From the NCBI RefSeq assembly GCF_009914755.1, contig NC_060928.1: a stretch of DNA of 64,000 bases, one strand, 5' to 3'. Numbering within the stretch: the stretch's first letter is position 1; every line of letters starts with the position of its first letter. This document shows, piece by piece, positions 29,946 to 46,667 of this stretch. The translations under genes were made by a program, and so were the position numbers. Source of the DNA: the human T2T-CHM13v2.0 reference genome, Homo sapiens. The notes beneath the pieces are model-generated. The model was not told the DNA's origin and searched no databases. It worked only from the letters and a program-made list of their open reading frames with translations.

Positions 29946-32414
29946 ACTTGATTTAAGAGCATATAGTTCTAAGAGATAATTTAAATTGAAGTTAATGTTG
30001 TTTATTAAAATAGATGAATAGAATACATAGATCTATGTTTACATTATATAGATTTAGATAGATGTTTTTCCTCAGCACCTTGTTCGTATTCACTTAGTAA
30101 CAATCCATATATACTACTCTATTCTCTGTTTCTCATTCTATACCTTTATTACTTTTAATACTTCTTGTTACATTAGGTAAATGTGACATAATGCATTATC
30201 CAGTGCCCTAGCATTACCGCATTTCTTTTCTGTAACAACAAATAAGTAGATTGATTTTTATGAGAAAAAAATAGCTGAGAAAATGACTCAAGTTTAAGAT
30301 TTAGATGGAAAGAATGTAGATAATTTTAGTAATTTATTTTTATTTTTATAAATAACCAATTAATTAGGAAAATAAATTAACTGTATTCTCAATAATCAAC
30401 ATGTTACATAGCACCCTAAATGTATATAAAAATTAACACATTGGAAAACTGAGCATTGTGCTGCTTTTCCTGAACCATTTTTAAATTGTAAAACTAATTA
30501 AAGTAAAAATGTTTTAGTTTCACACTACAATGTCAGCAATTATGTATATTTTGCTAGTGTTAACCAATACATTGCACATATTTCAAAATAAGGCATGTGT
30601 TCTATCACCGAAAGAAATATTAAAAAGTATATTATGCACATAATGCTATTACAAATACTACTAAAGGTATTACTTTTCTAAATTCATCATCAGATAGAGA
30701 CCTGCAAATTACTTCAAGTCCAAATGTGATGTATCACAGGCTTTGTTAATTACTTATGTTTCAGTATTTCACGTATAATGAAAGAATAAAATAGTGGAAT
30801 AGAGAATTAAAAATATTTGTTGCCACCATTTGTGGTGATCTTTTAACTGAGTATTTTCAGGAATTCTTCAGCAAAGCCATAGCAAACATATGCAATGAAG
30901 AACAATATGAATCTTTCCTAAATTAAGTGTACCACCATTTCCACATATAGAAAACCAACTCTTCATAATTCCCAAATGTGCATATGTGCCAGGCTGCCTT
31001 ATGTATTAAGTTTCACTATGATAAGGAGTAAAAGATCACAGCTTCCCTGCGGGCAGCATGTCCTGGCCCAGTAGCCGTGTATACCCATGATGAGGGGTAA
31101 AAGCAGAGGAAACTAGTCAAAATTGAACCCAGAGAAGTATCTTGAAACCTAAAGCTACTTGTGAATAAGAAATTAAATAGGAGTGTAGGCACAAAGAAAT
31201 CATGCATTCCACTTTAAGCCATCTAGATTCACACTTAAAAATCACAGAAATGTCTATGGCATGGCCTATTAAGCTAAACTAATTTCAGTCAAAGTTGTGA
31301 AAAAGGCTAGTGTATCTTTCTTCTAATTGTTCAAAATCTTTTCTCCTCAGCTGGGATTCTGCTCTCTCCATCCTTTTTTATGTTCCAGGTTTCCTCTATG
31401 GTACCACTTCCTTTCATAATAACCTGTTTCTACATGTGATCTACTTATTGTAACAATTTATCCTTTGTGAGTCTCAGACTGCAGGAAGCTTCTTCCAGGA
31501 AGGAAGGATCAGAACACACTGAGGAGGATCAGAAACTTACCTGAAATGAGATGTTAATGCATATTTGCATAAGATTATGTCTAGGTAGCATTTGATAGCT
31601 AACTTTGTATTTAACATTTCTGGCATTTTATAATTATCTACTAAAACAGTTCAAGCATTGAATTCCCCAGTATGAAATAAAATTTCACATGTAATATGCT
31701 AGTTTTTACTATTTTTAGATTTCAAATAAGAATTGTAAAGTTTAAAACCGCAACAATGATTTTGAGATAACTAGATAAAGAAACAGGTTTACAGAGGTGG
31801 AAAGGGTTGAAGAGAGTTGTACAATAACTGAAGATTAAACTTGGAGAATAATCCAGGTCACAGAGGCGTAAGTAGTCATAAATGAGATCACCTCTGGTGT
31901 TTTGCCATTGAAAAATATGCCTCAGCTGGTATAAAGTCATTAAAATGTGTTATTAATTATCTTCAGTTGGCATGACGACCTTCTGGAAAAGTGAGATTTG
32001 GGAAGTACTCAGATTATATGGTTTCAAGGATGAATAGAAGGAAAACTATTAGAATGGGGAATTCCAGTGATCTGATTAGAGTTAATTTGGGAGAAAGGCA
32101 TTGCAAATGTCAGAGGCAAGCCAGGAGAAATCTAATGATGGTGGAAATGGTCACTGAATTTGTGTTCCCATCAATAGTGCATTCTTTCACAAAAATGATG
32201 GCATTGGTAGGGAGATGATTCATAAACAAAAAAAATAGCTTTATGGGGAGAGGGGCAGGGAACGACTGTCATGGAAACACCATTATATAGAATAAAATGC
32301 ATTTTAGTTAGCATTACTAGATCACATAGCAAAACTTTGAATATATTTATTACAGTTTATGGCATCAAATTCACTGAATGCTATATTCATAAATTTCCTG
32401 TTAAACCTGCTTTG

Positions 32415-33138
32415 CTTTGGACTTCCAGTTTAATGTTAGATACGCAGAGCTGGAGAAAGTGTCACTCTCACTCTTATAAGAATAAATGTTGAACAATGTG
32501 CATTAACAATTTGTTTTCAGCCTATCAGAACAATAAGGTTTTTTGGCCAGTAAGTAACCCAAAATCTGGACAGAAACAGGCACCACCAGAGAGACACAGG
32601 ACCTGACACCTGCTTAACAGGGACAGAAGCCATGTAAGACTCTAAGAAGATTGAACTAAATATTTATCAGAAATTTTAAAGGCAAATTGTGGGATAATGT
32701 GAGAATATGAAGATTTGGAAGGTCACAGAAATACAGGAGAAATACAGGATTTTTCACCCCGTTGCAGGTTTTTCTTCCAGAAACCCCAGTAAGCAATCAT
32801 GGGGAGGTTGGGAGAACCTTGAGAAGTTTCCCTAGTGGAGCTGACTGGGAAGAGGGGAGAAGCCACAGCCCAAGCCTTAGGTTTCATCTGGCTTTGCCCT
32901 TGATGCCTATATGACCTGGGGCTGTTCTCTCAGCAGTAAATTTGGGAGAAATAGGGCTCCCTTCATATGTTCTGTGTCTCTCAAAAGCCAATATTTTTCA
33001 TCAGCTGATGTCTGATATCTTGAAAACCATTGTTTCATATATTTGGGGCAATTTTTTGTTTGTTTGTTCTGTTTTATTTTCTCAAGAGAAATGCCAAAAT
33101 CAGTCTTTGTGACTCTATCTTGGGCAAAACCTGAAATT
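32415..33138. mobile_element. Two ancient L1M 5'-UTR-like fragments in opposite orientation
   Basis: Plus piece ~32415-32870; minus piece ~32870-33138 reads ...AAATATATGAAACAATGGTTTTCAAGATATCAGACATCAG on the minus strand, like L1MC/L1M4 5' ends. Confidence 0.45.
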
Positions 33139-34730
33139 TCATTTATGGATATAAATTCAAAGATAATGAATAAAATATTTGAAAGCAGAATCCAACTCTA
33201 CCTTAATAAAATAATAAACCATGACCCAATGAGACTTACTCCAGGAATACTAGGTTGATTCAATATTAGGAAATCCTTTAATACCAAACACTATATTAAT
33301 AAATCTAATTTAAAAACCATATAATTATCTTGCTCAATGTGGAAAATGTCTTTGCCAAAATGTCACATGCAATCATGGTTTAAAACTCTCAGGAATATAA
33401 GAATTGATAGATAATTAATATGATTAATCATTAAATATGTATATATATAGACACACACACACAATGTTTATCTGAAAAGCCAGTGTCATGCTTAATCAGA
33501 ACCACTAAAGTCCTTTTGATGAAAATTCAGAATTAGGCAAAGATTTTCACTGACTTCATTAACATTCAATATTGTACTAGTAGCAACTGCCCATACAATT
33601 GAACAAAAGAATTCAATTAGCATAAGAATTGTTAAAAACAAAAATATATAGAATTAAAAATATTATTTTAAATGATATAATATGATGATATACTCAAAAA
33701 GCTGTACAGAACCAATGTTAAAGCTAACTGAAGCAATAAAACAATTCAATAAGGTAGCCTGCTATAAAATTCACATGCACAAATAAAAAGTCCTCATATG
33801 TACAAGAAATAATAGTAGAAACATTTCTGTATACAACAGCAAACAAGAAGATTAAACACTTAGGAATAAATTTAATAACAGATGCACAAAAGCTTTATGA
33901 GGAAAACTATAAAATACTCTTGAAAGACAATGAAGTAGACCTGAACAAATGGAAACACATCCCCTTTCTCGGATAGGATGACTCTATGACATAAAAATGT
34001 TAATCCTCCTTAAGTGAATTTCTAAATGAAATGCAATCCCTATAAGACCCTCTAAAGCTTACCGAATTATAGAAGGTGATTATCAAAGTTTCTGGTGAAT
34101 AAACAAACATACAAAAGTAGCATAGAAAACACAAATAGAAAATCTGTAATTGGGGACTAGCCTTCACAGGCTAAAACCATTCTAGCATGGGAATAGGCAA
34201 AAGGCCAGTGGATGGGATAGAAAGCCCAGAAATATACCCAAGTACTTTTGGAAATTTAGTGTATGATAAAGGTGGAGTTTCATCATTAAGGCAGTGGTGG
34301 AATTTATAATAAATGGTGCTGGAACTATCGGGTAGTCATTTAAAGACAAAAGAGATAAAATTAAATGCATATCTTATACCTTACACTAGAATAAATGCCA
34401 AAGGATCAGTGCTTTAAATGTAAAAAAAAAACAAACAATAGAAATAGTAAAAAGAAACATGAGTGAATTCCAAGCTGTCTCACTGTGACTCCAAAATTAA
34501 AATCTACTGAAAGAAATGTTTAATATGTGTGTGTATATATATCCAAATATATCAATATATGTAAATTGCATAGCCAAAAAGGATATGATTAAAAGACAAC
34601 AAACACTGAGAAAGAATATTTGCAGTATGTATTACAGACAAATGGCTTACATCCCTAATATATAAAGCAGTCTTAATTAAGAGACCAAAGACCAAATATC
34701 CAATAGAAGAATACAAATAAAACAATGGCC
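33139..34730 (+). mobile_element. Ancient L1M ORF2 relic (host of the young L1), left part
   Basis: Degenerate RT and C-terminal DNA; the ORF track reads ISFMDINSKIMNKIFESRIQ...KIINHDPM, homologous to L1 [20 protein letters not shown]...KLIHHDQV. Confidence 0.85.
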
Positions 34731-35642
34731 GGGGGGGAGGAGCCAAGATGGCCGAATAGGAACAGCTCCGTCTACAGCTCCCAGCGTGAGCCACGCAGAA
34801 GACAAGACGGGTGATTTCTGCATTTCCATCTGAGGTACCGGGTTCATCTCACTAGGGAGTGCCAGACACTGGGTGCAGGTCAGCGGGTGCGCGCACCGTG
34901 AGCGAGCCCAAGCAGGGCGAGGCATTGCCTCACTCGGGAAGCACAAGGGGTCAGGGAGTTCCCTTCCCTAGTCAAAGAAAGGGGTGACAGACGGCACGTG
35001 GAAAATCGGGTCACTCCCACCCGAATACTGCGCTTTTCCGATGGGCTTAAAAAACCGCGCACCAGTAGATTACATCCCGCACCTGACTTGGAAGGTCCTA
35101 CGCCCATGGAGTCTCGCTGATTGCTACCACAGCAGTCTGAGATCAAACTGCAAGGTGGCAGCAAGGCTGGGGGAGGGGCGCCCGCCATTGCCCAGGCTTG
35201 CTTAGGTAAACAAAGCAGCCTGAAAGCCCGAACTGGGTGGAGCCCACCACAGCTCAAGGAGGCCTGCCTGCCTCTGTAGGCTCCACCTCTGGGGGCAGGG
35301 CACAGACAAACAAAAAGACAGCAGTAACCTCTGCAGACTTAAATGTCCCTGTCTGACAGCTTCGAAGAGAGCAGTGGTTCTCCCAGCACGCAGCTGGAGA
35401 TCTGAGAACGGGCAGACTGCCTCCTCAAGTGGGTTCCTGACCCCTGACCCCCGAGCAGCCTAACTGGGAGGCAACCCCCAGCAGGGCACACTGACACCTC
35501 ACAGGGCCCAGTACTCCAACAGACCTGCAGCTGAGGGTCCTGTCTGTTAGAAGGAAAACTAACAAACAGAAAGGACATCCACACCAAAAACCCATCTGTA
35601 CATCACCATCATCAAAGACCAAAAGTAGATACAACCACAAAG
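34731..35642. promoter_or_regulatory. L1 5' UTR: sense promoter (intact YY1 site) and antisense promoter region
   Basis: YY1 motif CAAGATGGCC at 34744-34753; CpG-rich. Bidirectional promoter activity is established for L1PA 5' UTRs but untested for this copy. Confidence 0.8.
34880..35188 (-). CDS. ORF0: L1 antisense ORF0, open, 102 aa
   Basis: ATG at 35188 (plus-strand CAT 35186-88); MAGAPPPALLPPCSLISDCCGSNQRDSMGVGP... matches ORF0p; no stop until 34880. Translation is not demonstrated. Confidence 0.6.
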   Translation of the reverse strand: MAGAPPPALLPPCSLISDCCGSNQRDSMGVGPSKSGAGCNLLVRGFLSPSEKRSIRVGVTRFSTCRLSPLSLTREGNSLTPCASRVRQCLALLGLAHGARTR

Positions 35643-36659
35643 ATGGGGAAAAAACAGAGCAGAAAAACTGGAAACTCTAAAAAGCAGAGCACCTCTCCTC
35701 CTCCAAAGGAACGCAGTTCCTCACCAGCAACGAAACAAAGCTGGACCGAGAATGACTTTGACGAGCTGAGAGAAGAAGGCTTCAGATGATCAAATTACTC
35801 CGAGCTGCGGGAGGACATTCAAACCACAGGCAAAGAAGTTGAAAACTTTGAAAAAAATTTAGAAGAATGTATAACTAGAATAACCAATACAGAGAAGAGC
35901 TTAAAGGAGCGGATGGAGCTGAAAACCAAGGCTCAAGAACTATGTGAAGAATTCAGAAGCCTCAGGAGCCGGTGCGATGAACTGGAAGAAAGGGTATCAG
36001 TGATGGAAGATGAAATGAATGAAATGAAGCGAGAAGGGAAGTTTAGAGAAAAAAGAATAAAAAGAAATCAGCAAAGACTCCAAGAAATATGGGACTATGT
36101 GAAAAGACCAAATCTACGTCTGATTGGTGAACCTGAAAGTGACAGGGAGAATGGAACCAAGTTGGAAAACACTCTGCAGGATATTATCCAGGAGAACTTC
36201 CCCAATCTAGCAAGGCAGGCCAACGTTCAGATTCAGGAAATACAGAGAACATCACAAAGATACTCCTTGAGAAGAGCAACTCCAAGACACATAATTGTCA
36301 GATTCACCAAAGTTGAAATGAAGGAAAAAGTGTTAAGGGCAGCCAGAGAGAAAGGTCGGGTTACCCTCAAAGGGAAGCCCATCAGACTAACAGCGGATCT
36401 TTCGGCAGAAACTCTACAAGCCAAAAGAGAGTGGGCGCCAATATTCAACATTCTTAAAGAAAAGAATTTTCAACCCAGAATTTCATATCCAGCCAAACTA
36501 AGCTTCATAAGTGAAGGAGAAATAAAATACTCTACAGACAAGCAAATGCTGACAGATTTTGTCACCACCAGGCCTGCCCTAAAAGAGCTCCTGAAGGAAG
36601 CACTAAACATGGAAAGGAACAACCGGTACCAGCCACTGCAAAATCATGCCAAAATGTAA
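35643..36659 (+). pseudogene. ORF1: L1 ORF1p (RNA-binding chaperone), nonsense at codon 49
   Basis: ATG GGG AAA AAA CAG at 35643; full 339-codon span in one frame; TGA at 35787-35789 (CGA>TGA); REKG and YPAKLS motifs intact, ARR changed to AKR. Confidence 0.95.
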
Positions 36660-36722
36660 AGACCATCGAGACTAGGAAGAAACTGCATCAACTAATGAGC
36701 AAAATCACCAGCTAACATCATA

Positions 36723-40540
<3,818 letters not shown>

Positions 40541-40785
40541 ACAATGAGAACACATGGACACAGGAAGGGGAACATCACACTCTGGGGACTGTTGTGGGTT
40601 GGGGGGAGGGGGGAGGGATAGCACTGGGAGATATACCTAATGCTAGATGACGAGTTAGTGGGTGCAGCACACCAGCATGGCACATGTATACATATGTAAC
40701 TAACCTGCACATTGTGCACATGTACCCTAAAACTTAAAGTATAATAATAATAAATTAATTAATTAATTTTAAAAAAACAATGGCC

Positions 40786-43255
40786 AGATAATTTTTTAAA
40801 AAGTAAAAAAGTTCCCTTAAAATATGTACATGTTCAAATTTACTCATAATAGCTGCATGTAAATTAACACTGATAAAGCATTCTTAGTTATCATCTTAGT
40901 GAAAATTAAAATATACATGATAGTACATTTTGTTGGTGTGACTGTCAGTAGAGAAACTGAAACTTTGTAGTATAAAAATGTTTATATTGCTGAGGGGAAT
41001 GCAAACAAGTATAACCTTCTGGAGTACATGTTGGCAATATGTAACAAAACTACAGATTACTTACCTTTTGACCCGGGAGTTTCATTCCTAGGAATTTATC
41101 CTGAGATGATCACCTCCAGCAATACAAATTAATAAGAACAAGAATATTCATCCCAACATTATTTATAATTTTGAAGTATTGGAAAAACCTAAATATCCAC
41201 ATATAAAACAGAGGTTGAATGATAGATCCACCCAGAAGAGAACTTTGCAGCTCCAAATAATAAAAAGAAACATATCCATACAGATACTAAGTCAATTCTA
41301 CAATATATTTTAAGTGAAAAGAGAAAAGTACAAAAGAACAGCTATAGTGTGAGGCAATTCCTATAATAAAGACATATAATAAAATATACATGTGTCTGGT
41401 AATTTAGGCGAACATAAACACAGGAATGATAAAACAAACTAATTAGACTGGTTACCTATTGTGGTAGATGTAAGCTGGGTGAAAAGAATGGGGAAATTTG
41501 AATAGGTAGACAGGATGAGGGAGAGGAACACTTCCCTAAGTATCACATTTTATATTGTAACTGTTCAAATCATGGTAATGTCTCATAGACCCAAAGATAC
41601 ATTATAAAAATTAATCAGGATATAGAAAAACCAAAAATGGGATCCAAAGAATAATAAAGGAATGTTAAGTGTATTATAAATGAATAATATAATCAAAATT
41701 ATTGTGATGGGGAAAAACCAAATCTGAGCAATTTTGGAAAACAGTGTTTTGTCTGTTTGCTGTAAAGCTAAAGAGACAAAATTACAGGCATGCGCATGCA
41801 CACACACACACACACAAACTCTGCACAGATTATATATTTTAATTTAGAAACTTACTTTTTACAGAGTTATGGGTTAGGAATTTGGAAACTATTTTATATG
41901 TGTTGTATTATCGGATTGAGCAAATAAATATATTGTGGATACTAAGAGCCAGATTTTCATTGCCAGAGAAAAATGTTATAAGTAAAACAACAGAGTTAAT
42001 CTCCGATATTGGAATCAACTTTTGTACCATCAGTCCACACTCACTGGTTTTAAATATGTGTAGATAGATCGTTAGATAGATATTGATATAGATAGATAAA
42101 TAGATATGTGTACTTAATTCTCTATTTTTTCTATCTCTGTCCACTAGGAGGATCTAGAAACAGTGATAACAAATTAGCAATTAACACCCCAGCACTCAGA
42201 TTTTGTTTCCAATTATCATTTTCCAATAAAAAATACCATGGCTTAGAAAAATGGCTGATTCCAGGACTGAAGCACAGAAAAAAATAAGATGATCCCAGAA
42301 TATCTTGTAGTACCAGAAAGTTAAACAGTGATAAAATTAAGAAATAGGATCTTATCAAAAACACTGGAACCAATTTGAAGGAGCTCCCAAGGGCTATTTC
42401 TGGGTAAATTTTAGCAACTATATAATGATAATATTGGACAATAACCCAGAAAATAAAATATATGTCATTGAACAATATTAATAAAACTCACAAAGAAAGA
42501 AAGAAGGACAAAGTATAACTCTTTCCCACTGTAAAGTGCTAATTAATAAATGTAGAATGCATGATGACCATAGAAAGTCACCATTTGGCAGACAGCACAG
42601 TAATAATTATCACAAGCAAGAATCATCAATGAATGCTAAAATTAAATGCGAAATTGGATGATAAGAAATAGGATAATTACATAGACTTGAAGTTTTTTTG
42701 TAAAGCCAAAAAATAGTACCTTTATAGTTGAAATGTCTATCAAGCATCATCTTAGCTAAGTAATTAAAGTTAACGTTACCAGTAATAAGACACATGAACA
42801 TTCCATATTTTCTGACATACTGTACTGAGAAAGACACATCACCTTTGTGGTATTCTTGCCAAAAGTGCTAAATATAAATTTTATCCAGGAGAAAAATCAG
42901 ACAAAACTAAAGTTGTAAAATAGCTTTCAAAGAATCAAGTCATCAAAGACAAAGAAAGATGGAAGAACTGTCCCAGACTGAAGGTCACTAAGGAGGCAAG
43001 ACAAATAAATGTAATGTGGGTTACTAGACCAGTAAAAAGATATCGGTGAGACAATTGGTGAAATTTAATAAGATCTGCAGATTAGTTAATAGTATTTATC
43101 AAATTAATTTCCTGGTCTTCATAATTGTACTGCAGTTATTTAAAATGTTAACATTGAGAAAAGCCTGGCGAACGGTATGTGAGAACTATTTACAGCATTT
43201 GGGGAACTTCTTTTTATGTCTGAAGTTATTTCAAAGTAAAAGGTTATAATAGTGA
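40786..43255 (+). mobile_element. Continuation of the ancient L1M plus L1MC/L1MD-type 3' UTR
   Basis: ORF2 C-terminal relic resumes after the TSD (TTACCTTTTGACCCGGGAGTTTCATTCCTAGGAATTTATCC); later AGAAAAATGGCTGATTCCAGGACTG and GAAGAACTGTCCCAGACTGAAGG. Confidence 0.75.
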
Positions 43256-45029
43256 TAAAAAATAATAAAAGATATATCCTCCATATTAAAAAATAAATCT
43301 GAAAAACGTGTATCTATTAATTAAATAACGATTTCTACTTAGAATTAAAGTAAAAGATGTTAATGGGACAGCCAAAACGTAATATTTAGTTCTATTTACT
43401 TTCCACTATACAAGCATAAAAGAATCTCAAACAATTATGGAAGAGCAAGTCAGATCATTCATGTAAATGTCAAAAGTATTACACAGCTCTATACATTCTC
43501 CTGTCTCTTTTATGTAACCATGTATAATAAAAGTATTTCAATCAGACCATTAATTTTTAATGAGAGTGCATTGGACTTTTGGTTTAGTTCATCTTCAATG
43601 CTAAACACTAAAGATTATATTTGTGATATGAGTGATAGTGAGATAATTACAGATCTATTTCTAGATGAATTTCCTCCTCTCATTGTTTAGCTGAGAATAT
43701 ATAGTTAATTGAATGTGTTAGCATTTAGAACAGTGTCAGGAGTTATTAGCTATTATTGTTGTTGTCACTGTTATTATGAACATGATGTCGTTGCCCTCTC
43801 TGATCTTTAACAAAAATAACTCAGCAAGCAAGTTTTAATTTTCCTTTAAGCTGTTCAACCCTGAACTACTTAAATTTCAGGCACTAAGTGGTTTAATACA
43901 ACCAAGTAGAAAAGCACCACTGAATTATTCAAAAATTAAATTCCATAGCACTCAAGCATCAAAGTAGACCTGCTTAAATTGGCAGCTTTCAGTCTCTCCA
44001 GCGCTCCTGCTTGATGACCTTTGAGAAGGCAATGATCTTTAAGTCATCTTGTTCTGCTTCATGTTCTGCTTTGCGTTTGGCACATAAAATCATCTAAAAT
44101 AATCACCACCCATGAATGTCAATGGAATTGTGCTATTCTTTTTTATATACTTGATTTGTGTCATGTAAGACAAAAAAAATGCAAAGAGAGAGTTTTGACA
44201 TTTCACCAAAGCACAATAATAACTCCTGTTTTAAGCAGATTAAGCTTATCTTTCACTTGTATTCAAGAAACTAACAAGATAAACTGTGGAGCACAGATTC
44301 CGAAATGCTTTGGAGAGATTGTTGAAAAAATTTACATTTGTATGTTTATAAGGAAGATAATCTCTCTAGACCTAATGAATAACATTTCTAATTGCAATCC
44401 TGGGAATGAAGTTGTCCGAAATTATTCCTGTGTAAACATGTTACAAGGTTGGAGGGACGGAGGAAGGAGAGTCCATTATGAAAAGGATTTTGAAAGATTC
44501 CCTCAAATCCCAATCTCAAGAATATAGTAATTCTTTAACAGAATATACATGAATAAACATAACAGAATGCAGGGCCTCTGTGTAATTCAGTTTATTAGAT
44601 AAGTGTATATTTAAAACTCCATGTTTTAAGGTTACACTTTAGATACCTACATTTATAATCAATGATAAGATTTTGAATCTATTATGTGTTTTCTCTAGCT
44701 CATTATTTTGTCTTATAAAAATGTAAAAAAGAAACTATTAACTTGTGGCAGTATAATCTTAAAGAAGAGCTTTGGGAACAATGAAATAAATACAAAAAGT
44801 AGTTTAATATTCTGATCTGCTATAGCCCATTCTGAATCATAAAAGAAAGCAATGATCTCAGCTTGAATTGAATAGGATCTCTAGGGATATATAATCACAT
44901 ACCTTTGTTTAGGTGAAAGACTAGAACCTAGAAAGACTGGAAACTAGAAATTGTATGTTTAACTCACTAATAAGGACAGATATTAATTAATTAATTCATT
45001 CATTCACTCATTAATTAAGCAGTTACTTA

Positions 45030-45171
45030 TGATCTTTGCAAAGTGCTGGGGAAAATAGGAAAGGATAAGGGAAAAAATCTGTCTCACAAAGTTGATTATA
45101 TGATTATTTAAGTTGATTAAACTAATTTAATACATATGAGTGAAATGACAAAGCAGCACAAAAAGTGCAAA
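45030..45171 (+). repeat. Copy 1 of a 142-bp local duplication (in L2-like context)
   Basis: Aligns to 46668-46809 with ~13 differences by manual count. Confidence 0.92.
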
Positions 45172-46191
45172 AAACTGATAAAGAAAAAATTCGTGCATTC
45201 TCAGTAGAAGGCATTTTATGGACATGAGTCATTTTGGTTTTGCTAGCAATAATCTTGGGGTTTCTATAAGTGATCCTATCCTATATTTCATTACTCAAAA
45301 TTTGTAAAAAAGATCTTTCAAAAATTCCCTCTGCAAGAGTTTAATGCCTTGTTTTTGTCAAAATACCCACCCTCATTATTTTATTATCATATTTATTATC
45401 ATATTATCTCCAAGATTTTGGAGGCCTGACATTTTTATAATTCTTGGAGCTCACTTTAATGAAAAGAATTCAAACATTATAAATGTTTGAAGGCATTTGT
45501 TTAAATATTTTTAGAATAAAATATCACATTTATTACTTATTTTTTAAAGATATAAAATATTGTAAAATGGGAAAATTCTGAAAAATTATTAAGCCTGTTT
45601 TATAATTGACCAACTGACATCCTAATAATCCTTTCCTTTCCAGTTGCAGTCAGCAGAGGAATTCTTTTCAGAATTTTTAATTTGTAATTCCTTTCCCTCA
45701 AAAAAGATACATTACCAGAAGTTAATCCTAAGATTATAATTTAATAAAACTAATAAATAGAAAAATGAATTTGACTAGTTTCTAGGTCTTCAGGGTTCCA
45801 GTCATATTTTTCCTCCACCATCTACATATTTTGGGTACCAGGTACTATAGGACAGATATAAATCACGATGTGACCTCTGGCTCGGAACTTTCATAACATG
45901 ACACAATGTAGGTAGGCAAGGGGGAATTAGAGGTACCCCCGAAGGCCATTCTCACATCAGAATGTCAAACAAGAACTTTTACACACACAGGAGGATGCCA
46001 TTTTTTACTTTATTGCCTCTCAGCTCCAAACTAACTCTTCATTCCCTGTTCTGTGAAAATGAATCTGGGCCCTTTAAATATTGTTTCTTTGCCAGCTGGC
46101 ACAATGTTAAGCTGTTTTTAAGTAGCGGGTATGAGTGAGACAGTGCCAACAGGAAGGAGATTTATTTCTTGACTTCAGCTACTGTGCTTTC

Positions 46192-46555
46192 ATCTTTCTT
46201 TAAACTTACAATTTCAGGGGTACATGTGCAGGTTTGTCACATAGGTATACTTGTGTCACGGGGGCTTCTTGTATAGATTATTTCATCATCCAGGTATTAA
46301 GCCTAGTACCCACTAGTTATCTTTCCTGATCCTCTCCCTCCTCCCACCCTCCACCCTCAAGTAGACCCCAGTGTTTCACGTCCCCTGCCATGTGTCCATG
46401 TGCCCTCATCATTTAGCTTCCACGTACATGTGGTATTTGGTTTTCTGTTCCTGCATTAGTTTGCTAAGGATAATGGCCTCCAGCTCCTTTCATGTTCCTG
46501 CAGAGGACATAATCCTGTTCTTCTTTTTATGTCTGCATAGTATTCTGTGATGTAG
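46192..46555 (-). mobile_element. 5'-truncated older L1PA 3' end (L1PA13-16-like)
   Basis: CAGGGGTACATGTGCAGGTTTGTCACATAGGTA...TTATTTCATCATCCAGGTATTAAGCCTAGTACCC...TGCATAGTATTC. Confidence 0.9.
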
Positions 46556-46667
46556 TGTAACTCCTCCTGCATGCTAGGGTCTTGTGACTAATATTCCGTA
46601 GCCCTCGCAATAAGAACACCACATGTGCTAAGTTTTAAAAACACTTCTGACTGCTGTACACACACTG

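Noticed and set aside
40584-40617. G-quadruplex-forming G-run cluster
   Set aside because: Standard feature of L1PA 3' UTRs; not locus-specific.
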